A DNA stretch of 64,000 bases, taken from Vulcanimicrobiota bacterium. GTDB lineage: Bacteria > Vulcanimicrobiota > Xenobia > Xenobiales > JADMJV01. The position numbers and the translations under genes were made by a program. Below are positions 9,036-17,943 of the stretch, one piece after another. Below the pieces are notes generated by a model, which was given only the letters and a program-made list of their open reading frames with translations, searched no databases and had not been told where the DNA came from. Position 1 is the first letter of the stretch. Every line of letters starts with the position of its first letter. The DNA is taken from assembly GCA_023447635.1 (NCBI GenBank), contig JAEXNA010000217.1:1656-65655 (forward strand), read 5' to 3'.

Positions 9036-10334
9036 GTGGGGGAAAATTCTTTCCTAGAAAGATCTAAAGTGCAGATTTCTGGTTCGGCTTCATCTTCGGC
9101 TTCCGCTTACTCGCTCCGCCTTGGGGACAAAAACGTTCCCGTGCCCGCTCATATGGCAGAGCAGGCTCAGAGCCTCGACACCGACGGCGACGGATTCCTG
9201 TCCGACTGCGAACTGCGCGTTGGTGCGCTGGGCGAGGACGCCGGCTGCGGCCACGCCCCGACCGAGTCGTTCGGCATGAGCGCCGAGGATGTGGAAGACC
9301 ACGTCCTGAGCCTGAAGTCGGAGCTTTCGCGCCTGCCTAACCCGAATGCCGCCGGCTATCACAGCTTTGCCCAGATCGAGAAGAAGCTCTCTGACCTGGC
9401 CGAGGCTTACCCGGACATCATCTCCAAGGTCAGCCTGGGCAAGGCGGCCGAAGGTCGCGACATCCTGGCTCTTAAGGTCACCAAGGGCGCTCAGGGCGAC
9501 ACCAGCCATAAGACGGGCGTGGTCGTCACCGGCGTGACCCACGCCCGCGAGTGGGCGACCGCCGAAGCTCCGCTGAAGTTGCTCGACGATATCGTAGCCA
9601 ACCTCGACGACCCGGCGGTGGTCAAGCGCCTGGAAGAGTCTGAACTGTGGGTCGTGCCCGTCGTCAACCCGGACGGCTTCGAGTATTCTCGTAACGAAAG
9701 CGCTTACTGGCGCAAGAACCGCCGTCCTCTGGGCGTCGATCAGAACAACCGTCCCACCAAAGCGATCGGCGTGGATCTCAACCGCAACTTCTGGGACGGC
9801 ACCCCCGAGCATCTGTTCGTCTACCGGCCTGCGGGAGATACCCCTGGCAACACCCGCGACGACTTCTCTGCCACCTCGGACAATCCCAGCGACGACACCT
9901 ACCGCGGTCCGTTCGGAGGCTCCGAGCCCGAGGTCAAAGCCCTGCTGGATCTGCAACTCGGCCGCCCCAACATCAAGGCTGTGGTGGACTACCACTCGTA
10001 CGGCGACACCATCCTGTACCCCTACGGCCACACTCGCGAGCCTTCGCCCAATGAAGGGATCTACAAGCAGATTGGCAAGAAGATGGTCGACGCCTCCAGC
10101 GGCTTCTCGCTGCAACAGAGCGTGGGTCTCTACCCGGCCTCCGGAACCTCGGACGATACTCACGACCTCAACGGAATCCTGAATTTCACCATCGAGATGG
10201 GGAAGTCGTTCCAGCCCAACCCGCGCCAGATCCCCGCCATCACCGAGCGGGTCGCTCAGGCAACCTTCGCTCTGATTGACGAAGTGATCGAGCGCGACGA
10301 TCAGGGCACCTTGCCCCCTCACTCGCGCGCTTGA
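9036..10334 (+). CDS. Zinc carboxypeptidase, M14 family (carboxypeptidase T-like)
   Basis: Zinc-ligand motifs HAREW (HxxE) and VDYHSYG (distal His), plus NPDGFEYS and the substrate-binding GVDLNRNF. The GTG start at 9036 gives a 40-aa N-terminus with no obvious signal peptide, so the start is uncertain. Confidence 0.7.
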   Translation: MGENSFLERSKVQISGSASSSASAYSLRLGDKNVPVPAHMAEQAQSLDTDGDGFLSDCELRVGALGEDAGCGHAPTESFGMSAEDVEDHVLSLKSELSRLPNPNAAGYHSFAQIEKKLSDLAEAYPDIISKVSLGKAAEGRDILALKVTKGAQGDTSHKTGVVVTGVTHAREWATAEAPLKLLDDIVANLDDPAVVKRLEESELWVVPVVNPDGFEYSRNESAYWRKNRRPLGVDQNNRPTKAIGVDLNRNFWDGTPEHLFVYRPAGDTPGNTRDDFSATSDNPSDDTYRGPFGGSEPEVKALLDLQLGRPNIKAVVDYHSYGDTILYPYGHTREPSPNEGIYKQIGKKMVDASSGFSLQQSVGLYPASGTSDDTHDLNGILNFTIEMGKSFQPNPRQIPAITERVAQATFALIDEVIERDDQGTLPPHSRA

Positions 10335-10699
10335 CAGTCTACGAGGCGGTCGGGGGAGAGCCGTATTTCGTCGCTCTGGTAGACCAGTTTTACCAGGGCG
10401 TCGAAGGCGATCCGCTGCTGGCTCCCCTTTACCCGGCCGATGATATGGATGGTGCGCGCCGCCGCCTCCACCTGTTCCTCATGCAGTATTTTGGCGGACC
10501 CGGCACCTACAGCGAAGAGCGGGGCCATCCTCGCCTGCGCATGCGTCATATGGGCTTCGAGGTCGGCGCTCCCGAGGCGGAAGCCTGGCTCAAGCATATG
10601 CGAACTGCCATCGCGCAGACCGAGGGCGCTCCTCAGGTCGCCATCGACCTCATGCTCTCCTATTTCGAGAACACCGCCACCTTTTTGCGCAACCGCTGA
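10331..10699 (+). CDS. Truncated (2/2) hemoglobin, group II-like
   Basis: 122 aa. YEAVGGEPYFVALVDQFYQGVEGDPLLAPLYP plus the downstream helical pattern is typical of trHb (GlbO-like). A TTG start overlaps the M14 stop. Confidence 0.7.
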   Translation: MTVYEAVGGEPYFVALVDQFYQGVEGDPLLAPLYPADDMDGARRRLHLFLMQYFGGPGTYSEERGHPRLRMRHMGFEVGAPEAEAWLKHMRTAIAQTEGAPQVAIDLMLSYFENTATFLRNR

Positions 10700-10816
10700 T
10701 TTCTCCAACTGGATCCGGATTTTCCGGAAGGTCCCCCGAGGGGGGGTCGCGATAGTTACGCCTCACATCGAGGTCACGACCTCGGGAAAAGCTGTTTTCG
10801 AAGGGAACTCAAAGCT

Positions 10817-12076
10817 ATGGCGATGGCGGAAACCACCAGGGTAGAGGTGACGCGACTCGATGTGCGTCTGAACGCGGATCCCACCAGGGTCCTGCTGCGA
10901 CGGTATGGGATGTCGAGTCCCCAGCAGGTCAGCAACGTCATCGCACGCGTGCTGGCGCTGAGCGAGCCCGAAGTGGAAGAGTGCTGGCAGACGGTGTCGA
11001 GCGAGTTTTCCTACCGGCATCGCGACTACGAGGGCGCCTGCCAGCGCCGCTTTGAAGAGATGCGCGCCCACATGCCTGAGGATCAGGAGATTTCGCCGAC
11101 CCAGGTGAAGCTGCTGGGCGCCTCCTTCTTCATGGAGTATGCTCTCGAATGCGCCGCGCTGTTCAACCCCTCTATCGTGGCTCACCCCGACCAGGCGGGC
11201 GTGGCCGAAGGAAGTCTTCGCTTTATCCTGAGCCTGCGCGCCACCGGCGAGGGGCACATCTCGTCGATCACTTTCCGCGTAGGTGTGATCGATGCGGACG
11301 GTGGAGTGACTCTGGAAGAGGGCAGCCGCTTTGTGGAGGCTCCCACCCTGGCCGGCGACGCCGAGGGCGGCTTCAGTGCTAGTTTCCCCGACGATGTGTT
11401 GGTAGCCGAGCAGGCGCTCTTCCCCGTCACGCCCAGCCAGAGCAACGGCATCGAGGATGCGCGTTTCGTGCAGTTCGAGGACGGCACGTATTACGGCACC
11501 TACACCGCTTACGACGGACGCGATATCGCCCCCGAAATGGTCGAGACGCGCGACTTCCAGAACTATCGCTTCCTCGACATGAAGGGGCCGGCGCTGAAGA
11601 ACAAAGGGCTGGCCTTGTTTCCTCGCAAGATCAACGGCGCCTACTGGATGCTGGGGCGCCAGGACGGCGAGAGTCTGTTCCTGATGCGCTCGGAGAATCT
11701 GTTGGAGTGGAACGACTACCAGCCTCTGGCGACCCCTGTCTTCGACTGGGAGATGGTGCAGATCGGCAACTGCGGTTCGCCTCTGGAGACCGAGGCAGGC
11801 TGGCTGGTGCTGACTCACGGGGTGGGTCCGACTCGCAAATACTCCATTGGCGTTCTGCTGCTGGACAAGGATGACCCCGGTAAGGTGATCGGCCGTCTGG
11901 AGCAGCCGATTCTGAGCCCGAACGCCGACGAGCGCGAAGGCTATGTGCCGAACGTGGTCTACACCTGCGGTGGGATCATCCACGGAGAGCATCTGATCGT
12001 TCCCTACGCTATTTCGGATTCGGCCAGTCGTTTCGCTCGCTTCGATCTCAAAGCTCTTCTCGCCACGATGGCTTAG
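10817..12076 (+). CDS. GH130-like glycoside phosphorylase/hydrolase (DUF377 beta-propeller) with an N-terminal extension of about 130 aa
   Basis: The FNPSIVAH motif near the propeller start and the C-terminal NVVYTCGGIIHGEHLIVPYAISDSASRFARFDL resemble GH130 signatures. The long ORF at 10763..12904 on the minus strand is antisense to it and is judged spurious. Confidence 0.45.
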   Translation: MAMAETTRVEVTRLDVRLNADPTRVLLRRYGMSSPQQVSNVIARVLALSEPEVEECWQTVSSEFSYRHRDYEGACQRRFEEMRAHMPEDQEISPTQVKLLGASFFMEYALECAALFNPSIVAHPDQAGVAEGSLRFILSLRATGEGHISSITFRVGVIDADGGVTLEEGSRFVEAPTLAGDAEGGFSASFPDDVLVAEQALFPVTPSQSNGIEDARFVQFEDGTYYGTYTAYDGRDIAPEMVETRDFQNYRFLDMKGPALKNKGLALFPRKINGAYWMLGRQDGESLFLMRSENLLEWNDYQPLATPVFDWEMVQIGNCGSPLETEAGWLVLTHGVGPTRKYSIGVLLLDKDDPGKVIGRLEQPILSPNADEREGYVPNVVYTCGGIIHGEHLIVPYAISDSASRFARFDLKALLATMA

Positions 12077-12142
12077 GCTCGGGTGGAGTGGGGGACTGGG
12101 GTAGACAGGACGGCGAGGCTTCGGGTGGGAACTCCTGAGGCC

Positions 12143-13798
12143 ATGCTCCGCCGCTTCATACTGCTCCTGGCTGTGCTCCTGGTCGGCTGTGGGCGGGCAC
12201 CGGAGGCGAAGGGGTACCTGCTGACCGCCGGCGACTGGGACATGCCGCCCGCTTACCACGGTAACCCCTGGGCGCCGGGCGGGGTTGGAGTGGCTCGCAG
12301 CTACGTCTACGACCCTATGTTCGACTACGTTCCCGAAGGCGAGACCTGGCGTCCTCGTCTGGGCACCCGGTTCGAGGAGAGCGCCGACGGTCGTACCCTG
12401 ACGGTGCATCTGCGCAAGGACGCTCGCTGGCACGATGGTCATCCTTTCACCGCTCGGGACGTCGAGGCGACCTTTCTTATCGGGTTCTTGAAGGGGCTGG
12501 AACTGTGGTACTACATGGAGCGGCTCGAGGTGGTCGACGACGCGACCGTGCGCTTTCACTGGAAGCGGCTGTCTCCCACCAACACCATGCTGGCGCTGAC
12601 CGAGCCGATCGTCTCCGCCGAGCACCTGTCCCAGCCGTTCCTGGACACCATCAAGAATCTGGAGCGGGAAGACGGCAAGCGCGACCTGGATGAAGAGTCG
12701 GCTCGCCGAGAACTCTTGTTTGCGGAACGTCCGGCGCTGCCGATCGGGACCGGGCCGTTCCGCCTGACCAAGGTGACCTCGTCGGATATGGTGCTGGAGA
12801 AGTTCCCCGAGTATCACGACGCGGCGAACGTTCATCTCGAGGGCGTGCGTATTGCGCGCTGGGGTCGCAACGAAGCGGTCTGGTCCTATCTTTACGCGGG
12901 GCAACTCGACGCCATCAGCCCGGCCTGCCCTTACGACGTGGCTCAGGAAGTGTTGCGCAAGAACCCCAACGTGCAGCTTCGGACGCCCAGCGATATGAAC
13001 GAGATGGGGCTGGTCATCAACTGCCGGGAGAAGCCGCTGGCGGATGTCGATTTTCGTAAGGCGATCGCCTACGCGTTGGACCGGGACAACATCCGACGTC
13101 TGGCTTGCGCTCCCGGCGACACGAGTCCCGGCTACAATCTAGGCATGGTTCCCTCGCTGGCCGATGTGTGGCTGGGGCCGGACTTCGCGGCCGGGCTGGA
13201 GAGCTACGACTTCGACCCGGCTAAGGCGAAGGAGCTTCTGGACGACCACAAGGTCCAGCGACCGCTGAAGATTATGGCTCCGGCCGGCTTCACGGACCTG
13301 GCCCTGCTGGCCGAATCGGCGGCCTCTCAGCTGACCAAGCTTGGCGTGACGGCCAACGTCCGTCTGGTGCAGGGCGACCTGTACGCCAGTCTAATGCGGG
13401 ACGGCCAGTTCGACATCGCGGCGGTCTTTGGCTCGCAGATGGGACGCACGGTGCACCCGGCGACTTCGGCCGGTCGGTTCTTCTCCAAAGACGCTCAGCT
13501 ACAGTCGGCCTCCGGGCTGCCGTTCGATGAAGAAGCGGCGCTCTGGGTGGGAGAGTTACGGGTAGAGCGGAACCCGGCGAAGGCTATGGAGATCTCACGC
13601 AAACTGGCACGTCGCCTGAACTCGACGGTGAGCTTCATCCCGTGTTTCGAAAAGCGGTTGATGGTGTTCGTGCAGGACGGCACGCGGGTGACGGGCTGGC
13701 CCGAGCCGTCGTCTCCTTTATGGTCGGCAGCGCCGCTGGGGGTCGAGAGCATGTACGCTTCGATGATCGTGCACGGCCACTTGAGGCCGGCGCCGTGA
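12143..13798 (+). CDS. ABC transporter substrate-binding lipoprotein, family 5 (peptide/nickel/oligosaccharide type)
   Basis: MLRRFILLLAVLLVGCG is a lipoprotein signal with a lipobox Cys. The protein is about 550 aa, typical of the SBP_bac_5 family. It is followed by two permeases and two ATPases. Confidence 0.75.
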   Translation: MLRRFILLLAVLLVGCGRAPEAKGYLLTAGDWDMPPAYHGNPWAPGGVGVARSYVYDPMFDYVPEGETWRPRLGTRFEESADGRTLTVHLRKDARWHDGHPFTARDVEATFLIGFLKGLELWYYMERLEVVDDATVRFHWKRLSPTNTMLALTEPIVSAEHLSQPFLDTIKNLEREDGKRDLDEESARRELLFAERPALPIGTGPFRLTKVTSSDMVLEKFPEYHDAANVHLEGVRIARWGRNEAVWSYLYAGQLDAISPACPYDVAQEVLRKNPNVQLRTPSDMNEMGLVINCREKPLADVDFRKAIAYALDRDNIRRLACAPGDTSPGYNLGMVPSLADVWLGPDFAAGLESYDFDPAKAKELLDDHKVQRPLKIMAPAGFTDLALLAESAASQLTKLGVTANVRLVQGDLYASLMRDGQFDIAAVFGSQMGRTVHPATSAGRFFSKDAQLQSASGLPFDEEAALWVGELRVERNPAKAMEISRKLARRLNSTVSFIPCFEKRLMVFVQDGTRVTGWPEPSSPLWSAAPLGVESMYASMIVHGHLRPAP

Positions 13799-14772
13799 GG
13801 AAGGCTCTCTTGCTGGCGTTCCTGACCGTGTGGGTGGCCCTGACCTTCACCTTCGTGCTGATCCGCCAGATGCCGGGCGACCTGCTGCACAACTTTGCCC
13901 TGAACATTCAGGCCACTCAGGGCGTGCCGTACGATCAGGCGCGCGAGATGGCCAAACTCCTGATAAACTGGGATCCCGACGCTCCGCTGTGGGACCAGTA
14001 CACCGAGTACATCGGGAACCTGGCCACGGGACAGTTGGGGCGCTCGACCACCTACCGCATTCCCGTCTCCACCATCCTGATGGCGGCTCTGCCCTGGACG
14101 GTGTTCATCACCTTTCTTTCGGCCGCGTTCAGCTTTGCCGTGGGCGTGGCCATGGGGCTGTGGGCGGCCTGGCGACGGGGCTCGTGGCTGGACCCGGCTT
14201 TGACCTTTTACGCGACGGTGACTCAGGCGATACCCGACTTCCTGATTGGAGTGATGCTTTTGCTGGTGTTCGGCATCAAGCTCGAATGGATGCCGCTGCG
14301 GGGCGCCTATTCTCCGGAAACCGATGCGGGTCTGAACTTTCCGTTTGTCGGAAGCCTGTTCTACCATGCTGTTCTGCCCGTTCTGGCCTTTTCGATCCCT
14401 TCGATCGGCAACTGGGCGCTGTCGGCCAAGGCGTCCGCGACGTCGGTGCTGGGCGAGGACTATCTGCTGGTGGCTCGGGCCAAGGGGCTTCGGCCGTGGC
14501 GAATTTTGCGGGACTATCTGGGGCGCAACGCTCTTTTGCCGCTGGTGGCTTCGCTGGCGACGTCGCTGGGAGGGCTGCTGGGCGGTTCGATGCTGATCGA
14601 GACGATGTTTGGCTATCCGGGTCTGGGCTACTTCCTGGCCCAGTCGATCGGCACGCGCGACTATCCGCTGATGCAGGGTCTGTTCTTGCTCTCCACGGTG
14701 GCTATCGTGGGCAGCAACTTGATGGCCGAGGTGATCTCGCGCCGTCTGGACCCCAGGGTGGCGAAAGGATGA
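13795..14772 (+). CDS. ABC transporter permease (DppB/OppB-like)
   Basis: The GTG start overlaps the SBP stop. Multiple TM segments and an EAA-like loop are present (ARAKGLRPWRILRDYLGRNALLPLV). Confidence 0.75.
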   Translation: MRKALLLAFLTVWVALTFTFVLIRQMPGDLLHNFALNIQATQGVPYDQAREMAKLLINWDPDAPLWDQYTEYIGNLATGQLGRSTTYRIPVSTILMAALPWTVFITFLSAAFSFAVGVAMGLWAAWRRGSWLDPALTFYATVTQAIPDFLIGVMLLLVFGIKLEWMPLRGAYSPETDAGLNFPFVGSLFYHAVLPVLAFSIPSIGNWALSAKASATSVLGEDYLLVARAKGLRPWRILRDYLGRNALLPLVASLATSLGGLLGGSMLIETMFGYPGLGYFLAQSIGTRDYPLMQGLFLLSTVAIVGSNLMAEVISRRLDPRVAKG

Positions 14773-15587
14773 ACGGCCGAGCGCGCGTCGGCGCGGTGAT
14801 TCTGGGAATTTTCTTCCTGATCGCTCTAATCGGTCCGCCGCTGATCCCGCTGGAGCGGGCGCCGGACTACGAGGCCAGGTTTGCTCCCATTTCGGCGGAC
14901 CATCCGCTGGGGACCGATTACGCCGGTCGCGATGTGTTCGCGCAGCTGGTGCACGGCTCGCGGGACATTTTCGTGATCGCCTTTTCTACGGGCGCCTTTG
15001 CGGTGCTTTTGGCCTTTATGATCGGGGTGGGAGGGGCCCTGGCGGGCGGGAAGGTCGACGTCTTGCTGCTGGGCTTTACCGACATCTTCTTGACGGTGCC
15101 TAGCTTCCCGCTGATGGCGATCCTTTCGGCTCTGTTCCAGGTGGGCGATCCGATCACATTTGGATTTTTGCTGTCGCTATGGTCCTGGCCGGGCTTGGCG
15201 CGCTCCTTACGCGGCCAGGTGTTGTCGCTGCAGCACCGTGAGTTCATCGAGGTGTGCCGACTGATGCGGATGGGCCCGTGGCACATTCTGTGGCGCGAGA
15301 TTTTCCCCAACCTGGTGCCTTACATCACCCTGAACTTCATCCTGATCTCGCGCAACGCCATCACGGCCAGCGTGGGGATTATGATGCTGGGACTGGTTCC
15401 GCTGCGGGTCGAAAACTGGGGCATGATGCTCAATCTAGCGGCTTTCCAGTCGGGGGCGATTTTTTTGCCCCAGGGGATGACCTATCTGATGGCTCCGCTG
15501 GTGGCGATCGTGCTGTTCCAGTACAGCCTTATTCTGGTGGCGGGCGGGATCGAAGAGCTTTTCGACCCTCGGCTGAGGAGAGGGTAG
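14769..15587 (+). CDS. ABC transporter permease (DppC/OppC-like)
   Basis: MNGRARVGAVILGIFFLIALIGPPL. The ATG overlaps the upstream stop (ATGA). The TMs and the conserved loop (SWPGLARSLRGQVLSLQHREFIEVCRLMRMGPWHILWREIFPN) fit this family. Confidence 0.75.
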   Translation: MNGRARVGAVILGIFFLIALIGPPLIPLERAPDYEARFAPISADHPLGTDYAGRDVFAQLVHGSRDIFVIAFSTGAFAVLLAFMIGVGGALAGGKVDVLLLGFTDIFLTVPSFPLMAILSALFQVGDPITFGFLLSLWSWPGLARSLRGQVLSLQHREFIEVCRLMRMGPWHILWREIFPNLVPYITLNFILISRNAITASVGIMMLGLVPLRVENWGMMLNLAAFQSGAIFLPQGMTYLMAPLVAIVLFQYSLILVAGGIEELFDPRLRRG

Positions 15588-16523
15588 ATGCTGCAAATCG
15601 AGGGTTTGTCGATCGACTACGATCTGGGCGGGGGCGGGCGGATGTCCGTGCTGCGCGATGTTTCTCTGGATTTTCCGAAGGGCAAAGTCACGGCGCTGAT
15701 CGGAGAGTCGGGAAGTGGCAAGACGACCCTGACGGGCGCTGTTTTGGGGTTGCTGGCCAGCAACGCTCGAGTGCTGGGCGGCCGCATCATGTGGGACGGG
15801 AAGAACCTGTTGGAGCAGTCGGACGAGGCGCTGCGGCAGTTCCGCTGGCGGCGCGCTTCGGTGGTTTTTCAGGCGGCTCAAGGGGCGTGGAATCCGACTT
15901 TACCGATCGGCCGGCAGATGCTGGACTGCTGCTCCGACCACGGGGTGGGCGAGGGGCAGGCTCGGATGGAGCGACTGCTGCTTCAGGTGCGCCTGGACCC
16001 GGCCCGCGTGATGTCGTCGTACCCTCACCAGTTGAGCGGGGGGATGCGTCAGCGGGCTCTGATCGCGATGTCGCTGATGCTGGACCCGGAATTGGTGATC
16101 TTAGACGAGCCGACCACGGCGCTGGACCTGATCACCCAGAGCTATATTTTTGATATCCTGGCTGACATCCATAAGGAGACGGGGCTGACCATGATTCTGG
16201 TCACCCACGACCTGGCGGCTGTGGCTCGGCTGTCGGATCGGGTGGCTGTGCTGTATGCGGGGACGGTGGGCGAGGTGGCCGAGGCGGATGCGATCTTCGA
16301 GGCTCCGCGTCACCCTTACGCTCAGGTGTTGCTGAACTCGTCGCCGGATGTGCACGGCTCGATGCCGCAGGTGCAGGTAGGGGATGGCAAGCCGCCGGAC
16401 CTGCGCAACCGTCCCCCGGGCTGCATCTTTGCCTCGCGCTGCCCCGAGAAGGTGGAGATCTGCGCGGTGGAGACGCCCACTCTGGGTGAGGAGATGGTGG
16501 CCTGCCACCGGCGTAAGGCATGA
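15588..16523 (+). CDS. ABC transporter ATP-binding protein (DppD/OppD-like)
   Basis: Walker A GESGSGKTT, signature LSGGMRQR, Walker B LILDEPTTALD, and a C-terminal oligopeptide-type extension. Confidence 0.85.
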   Translation: MLQIEGLSIDYDLGGGGRMSVLRDVSLDFPKGKVTALIGESGSGKTTLTGAVLGLLASNARVLGGRIMWDGKNLLEQSDEALRQFRWRRASVVFQAAQGAWNPTLPIGRQMLDCCSDHGVGEGQARMERLLLQVRLDPARVMSSYPHQLSGGMRQRALIAMSLMLDPELVILDEPTTALDLITQSYIFDILADIHKETGLTMILVTHDLAAVARLSDRVAVLYAGTVGEVAEADAIFEAPRHPYAQVLLNSSPDVHGSMPQVQVGDGKPPDLRNRPPGCIFASRCPEKVEICAVETPTLGEEMVACHRRKA

Positions 16524-17521
16524 GCGATTCTTTGGGTCAGCAGCCTCTGGTCGAATTGCGCGGGACGCATATTCAGTTGGGCAAGGTGCGGGCCACGCGG
16601 GGCGTGGATCTGGCCTTGATGCCGAACGAGATCGTCACGGTGGTGGGGGAGAGCGGCTGCGGGAAGAGCACGCTCGGCCGCGCGGTTCTGGGTCTTCTGA
16701 CGCCGGCCGAGGGGCAGATTCTGTATCAGGGTCAGGACATTTTTGCTCCGGGCTATCGGATGAGCGATGAACTCAGGCTCAGTGTGCAGGTGGTCCATCA
16801 GGACAGCTATGCGAGCTTGAACCCGGTGCGCACCGTGGGCCAGCAGTTGGCAGCGCCGCTGCGGCGTCACAAACTGGTCCCGGCTAGCGAGATCAAGGCG
16901 CGCGTTCACGAGGTTTTGACCGAGGTGGGGCTGACCCCGCCCGAGTTTTTCGCGGCCAAGGTTCCGTTTCAGCTTTCGGGCGGTCAACGTCAGCGGGTGT
17001 CGCTGGCCCGAGCGGCGCTGCTGAATCCGCGGCTGATCGTCGCGGACGAGCCGGTATCCGGCGTGGATGCGACGCTGCGTTTGGCGATTTTAGAGCTGAT
17101 GCGGCGCAAGAACGTCGAGGGGATCGCCTTCTTGTACATCACGCACGACCTGGGCACGGCGCGCTATTTGGGGCGGGGTGGCCGGATGCTCGTGATGTAC
17201 CTGGGGCAGGTGATCGAGAGCGGCCCGGTCGAGCATCTGCTGGACCATCCGCTGCATCCTTATCTGCAGGCTTTGCTGGCGGCGCTGCCTCCGCTCGACC
17301 CGCGGAAGGCGAAGCAGGCTGGCCCGCTGCCGCTGCGCTCACTGGATATGCCCGACGCGACCGCACCGCCTTCGGGCTGTAGCTTTCACCCGCGCTGCCC
17401 CTACGCCCGCGAGCGCTGCTCTTCGGAAGAGCCGGCGCTGCGCGAGACCTCGGGGCACCAGGTCGCCTGCCACTTCGCCGAAGAGATCTCCGCTCGGCGA
17501 AGCGACCCAGCAGGCGCCTAG
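16520..17521 (+). CDS. ABC transporter ATP-binding protein (DppF/OppF-like)
   Basis: Walker A GESGCGKST, signature LSGGQRQR, Walker B IVADEPVSGVD, and a 4-nt overlap with the upstream ATPase gene. Confidence 0.85.
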   Translation: MSDSLGQQPLVELRGTHIQLGKVRATRGVDLALMPNEIVTVVGESGCGKSTLGRAVLGLLTPAEGQILYQGQDIFAPGYRMSDELRLSVQVVHQDSYASLNPVRTVGQQLAAPLRRHKLVPASEIKARVHEVLTEVGLTPPEFFAAKVPFQLSGGQRQRVSLARAALLNPRLIVADEPVSGVDATLRLAILELMRRKNVEGIAFLYITHDLGTARYLGRGGRMLVMYLGQVIESGPVEHLLDHPLHPYLQALLAALPPLDPRKAKQAGPLPLRSLDMPDATAPPSGCSFHPRCPYARERCSSEEPALRETSGHQVACHFAEEISARRSDPAGA

Positions 17522-17940
17522 CCAGCCGGGCCCGGGTGGCCCGGGTGGCCGGGTGGCTTCATCGGAAATGGGCATCAACGCCCACATTTCGCGACGCCAG
17601 CACGTTAGGCCCGGGTGGCTCGGGGTGGCTTCACTGGAAATGGGCATCGACGCCCACATTTCGCGAAGCCAGCACGTATGGCCCGAGTGGCTCGGGGGTG
17701 GCTTCACTGGAAATGGGTATCGACGCCCACATTTCGCGACGCCAAGCACGTGTGGCCCGGGTGGCTCGGCAGTGGCTTCACTGGAAATGGGCATCGAAGC
17801 CCACATTCGGCGACGCCAAGCACGGACGGCTCGGGTGGCTTCACTGGAAATGGGCATCGATGCCCACATTTTGCGAAGCCAGCGAGTTTAGCCCGAGTGG
17901 CTCGGGGTGGCTTCGTCGGAAATGGGCATCAACGCCAGCG
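17522..17940. repeat. Tandem array of about 5.5 copies of a roughly 72-bp unit containing a roughly 44-bp imperfect palindrome (GGCTTCACTGGAAATGGGCATCGACGCCCACATTTCGCGAAGCC), preceded by a ccgggtggc triplet
   Basis: Units begin near 17551, 17622, 17696, 17770, 17835 and 17908, with a truncated last copy. The inter-unit segments are conserved too, which argues against CRISPR. The same family recurs in inverted orientation at 34258-34378. Confidence 0.8.
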
Positions 17941-17943
17941 TCG

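Noticed and set aside
9090-10322. 410-aa minus-strand ORF
   Set aside because: Antisense to the M14 carboxypeptidase gene, which has unambiguous zinc-ligand motifs.
10763-12904. 713-aa minus-strand ORF spanning the GH130-like and SBP genes
   Set aside because: It is antisense to two plus-strand genes that have clear family signatures. Its composition is arginine/proline/glycine-heavy, typical of shadow frames.
17522-17940. Possible CRISPR array (regular 72-bp periodicity with palindromic repeats)
   Set aside because: The inter-repeat segments are themselves conserved between units (cagcacgt..ggcccg[ga]gtggctcgg), the period is too long for repeat+spacer with a 44-bp repeat, no cas genes are nearby, and copies occur dispersed at 34258-34378. 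It is a tandem REP/BIME-like array.
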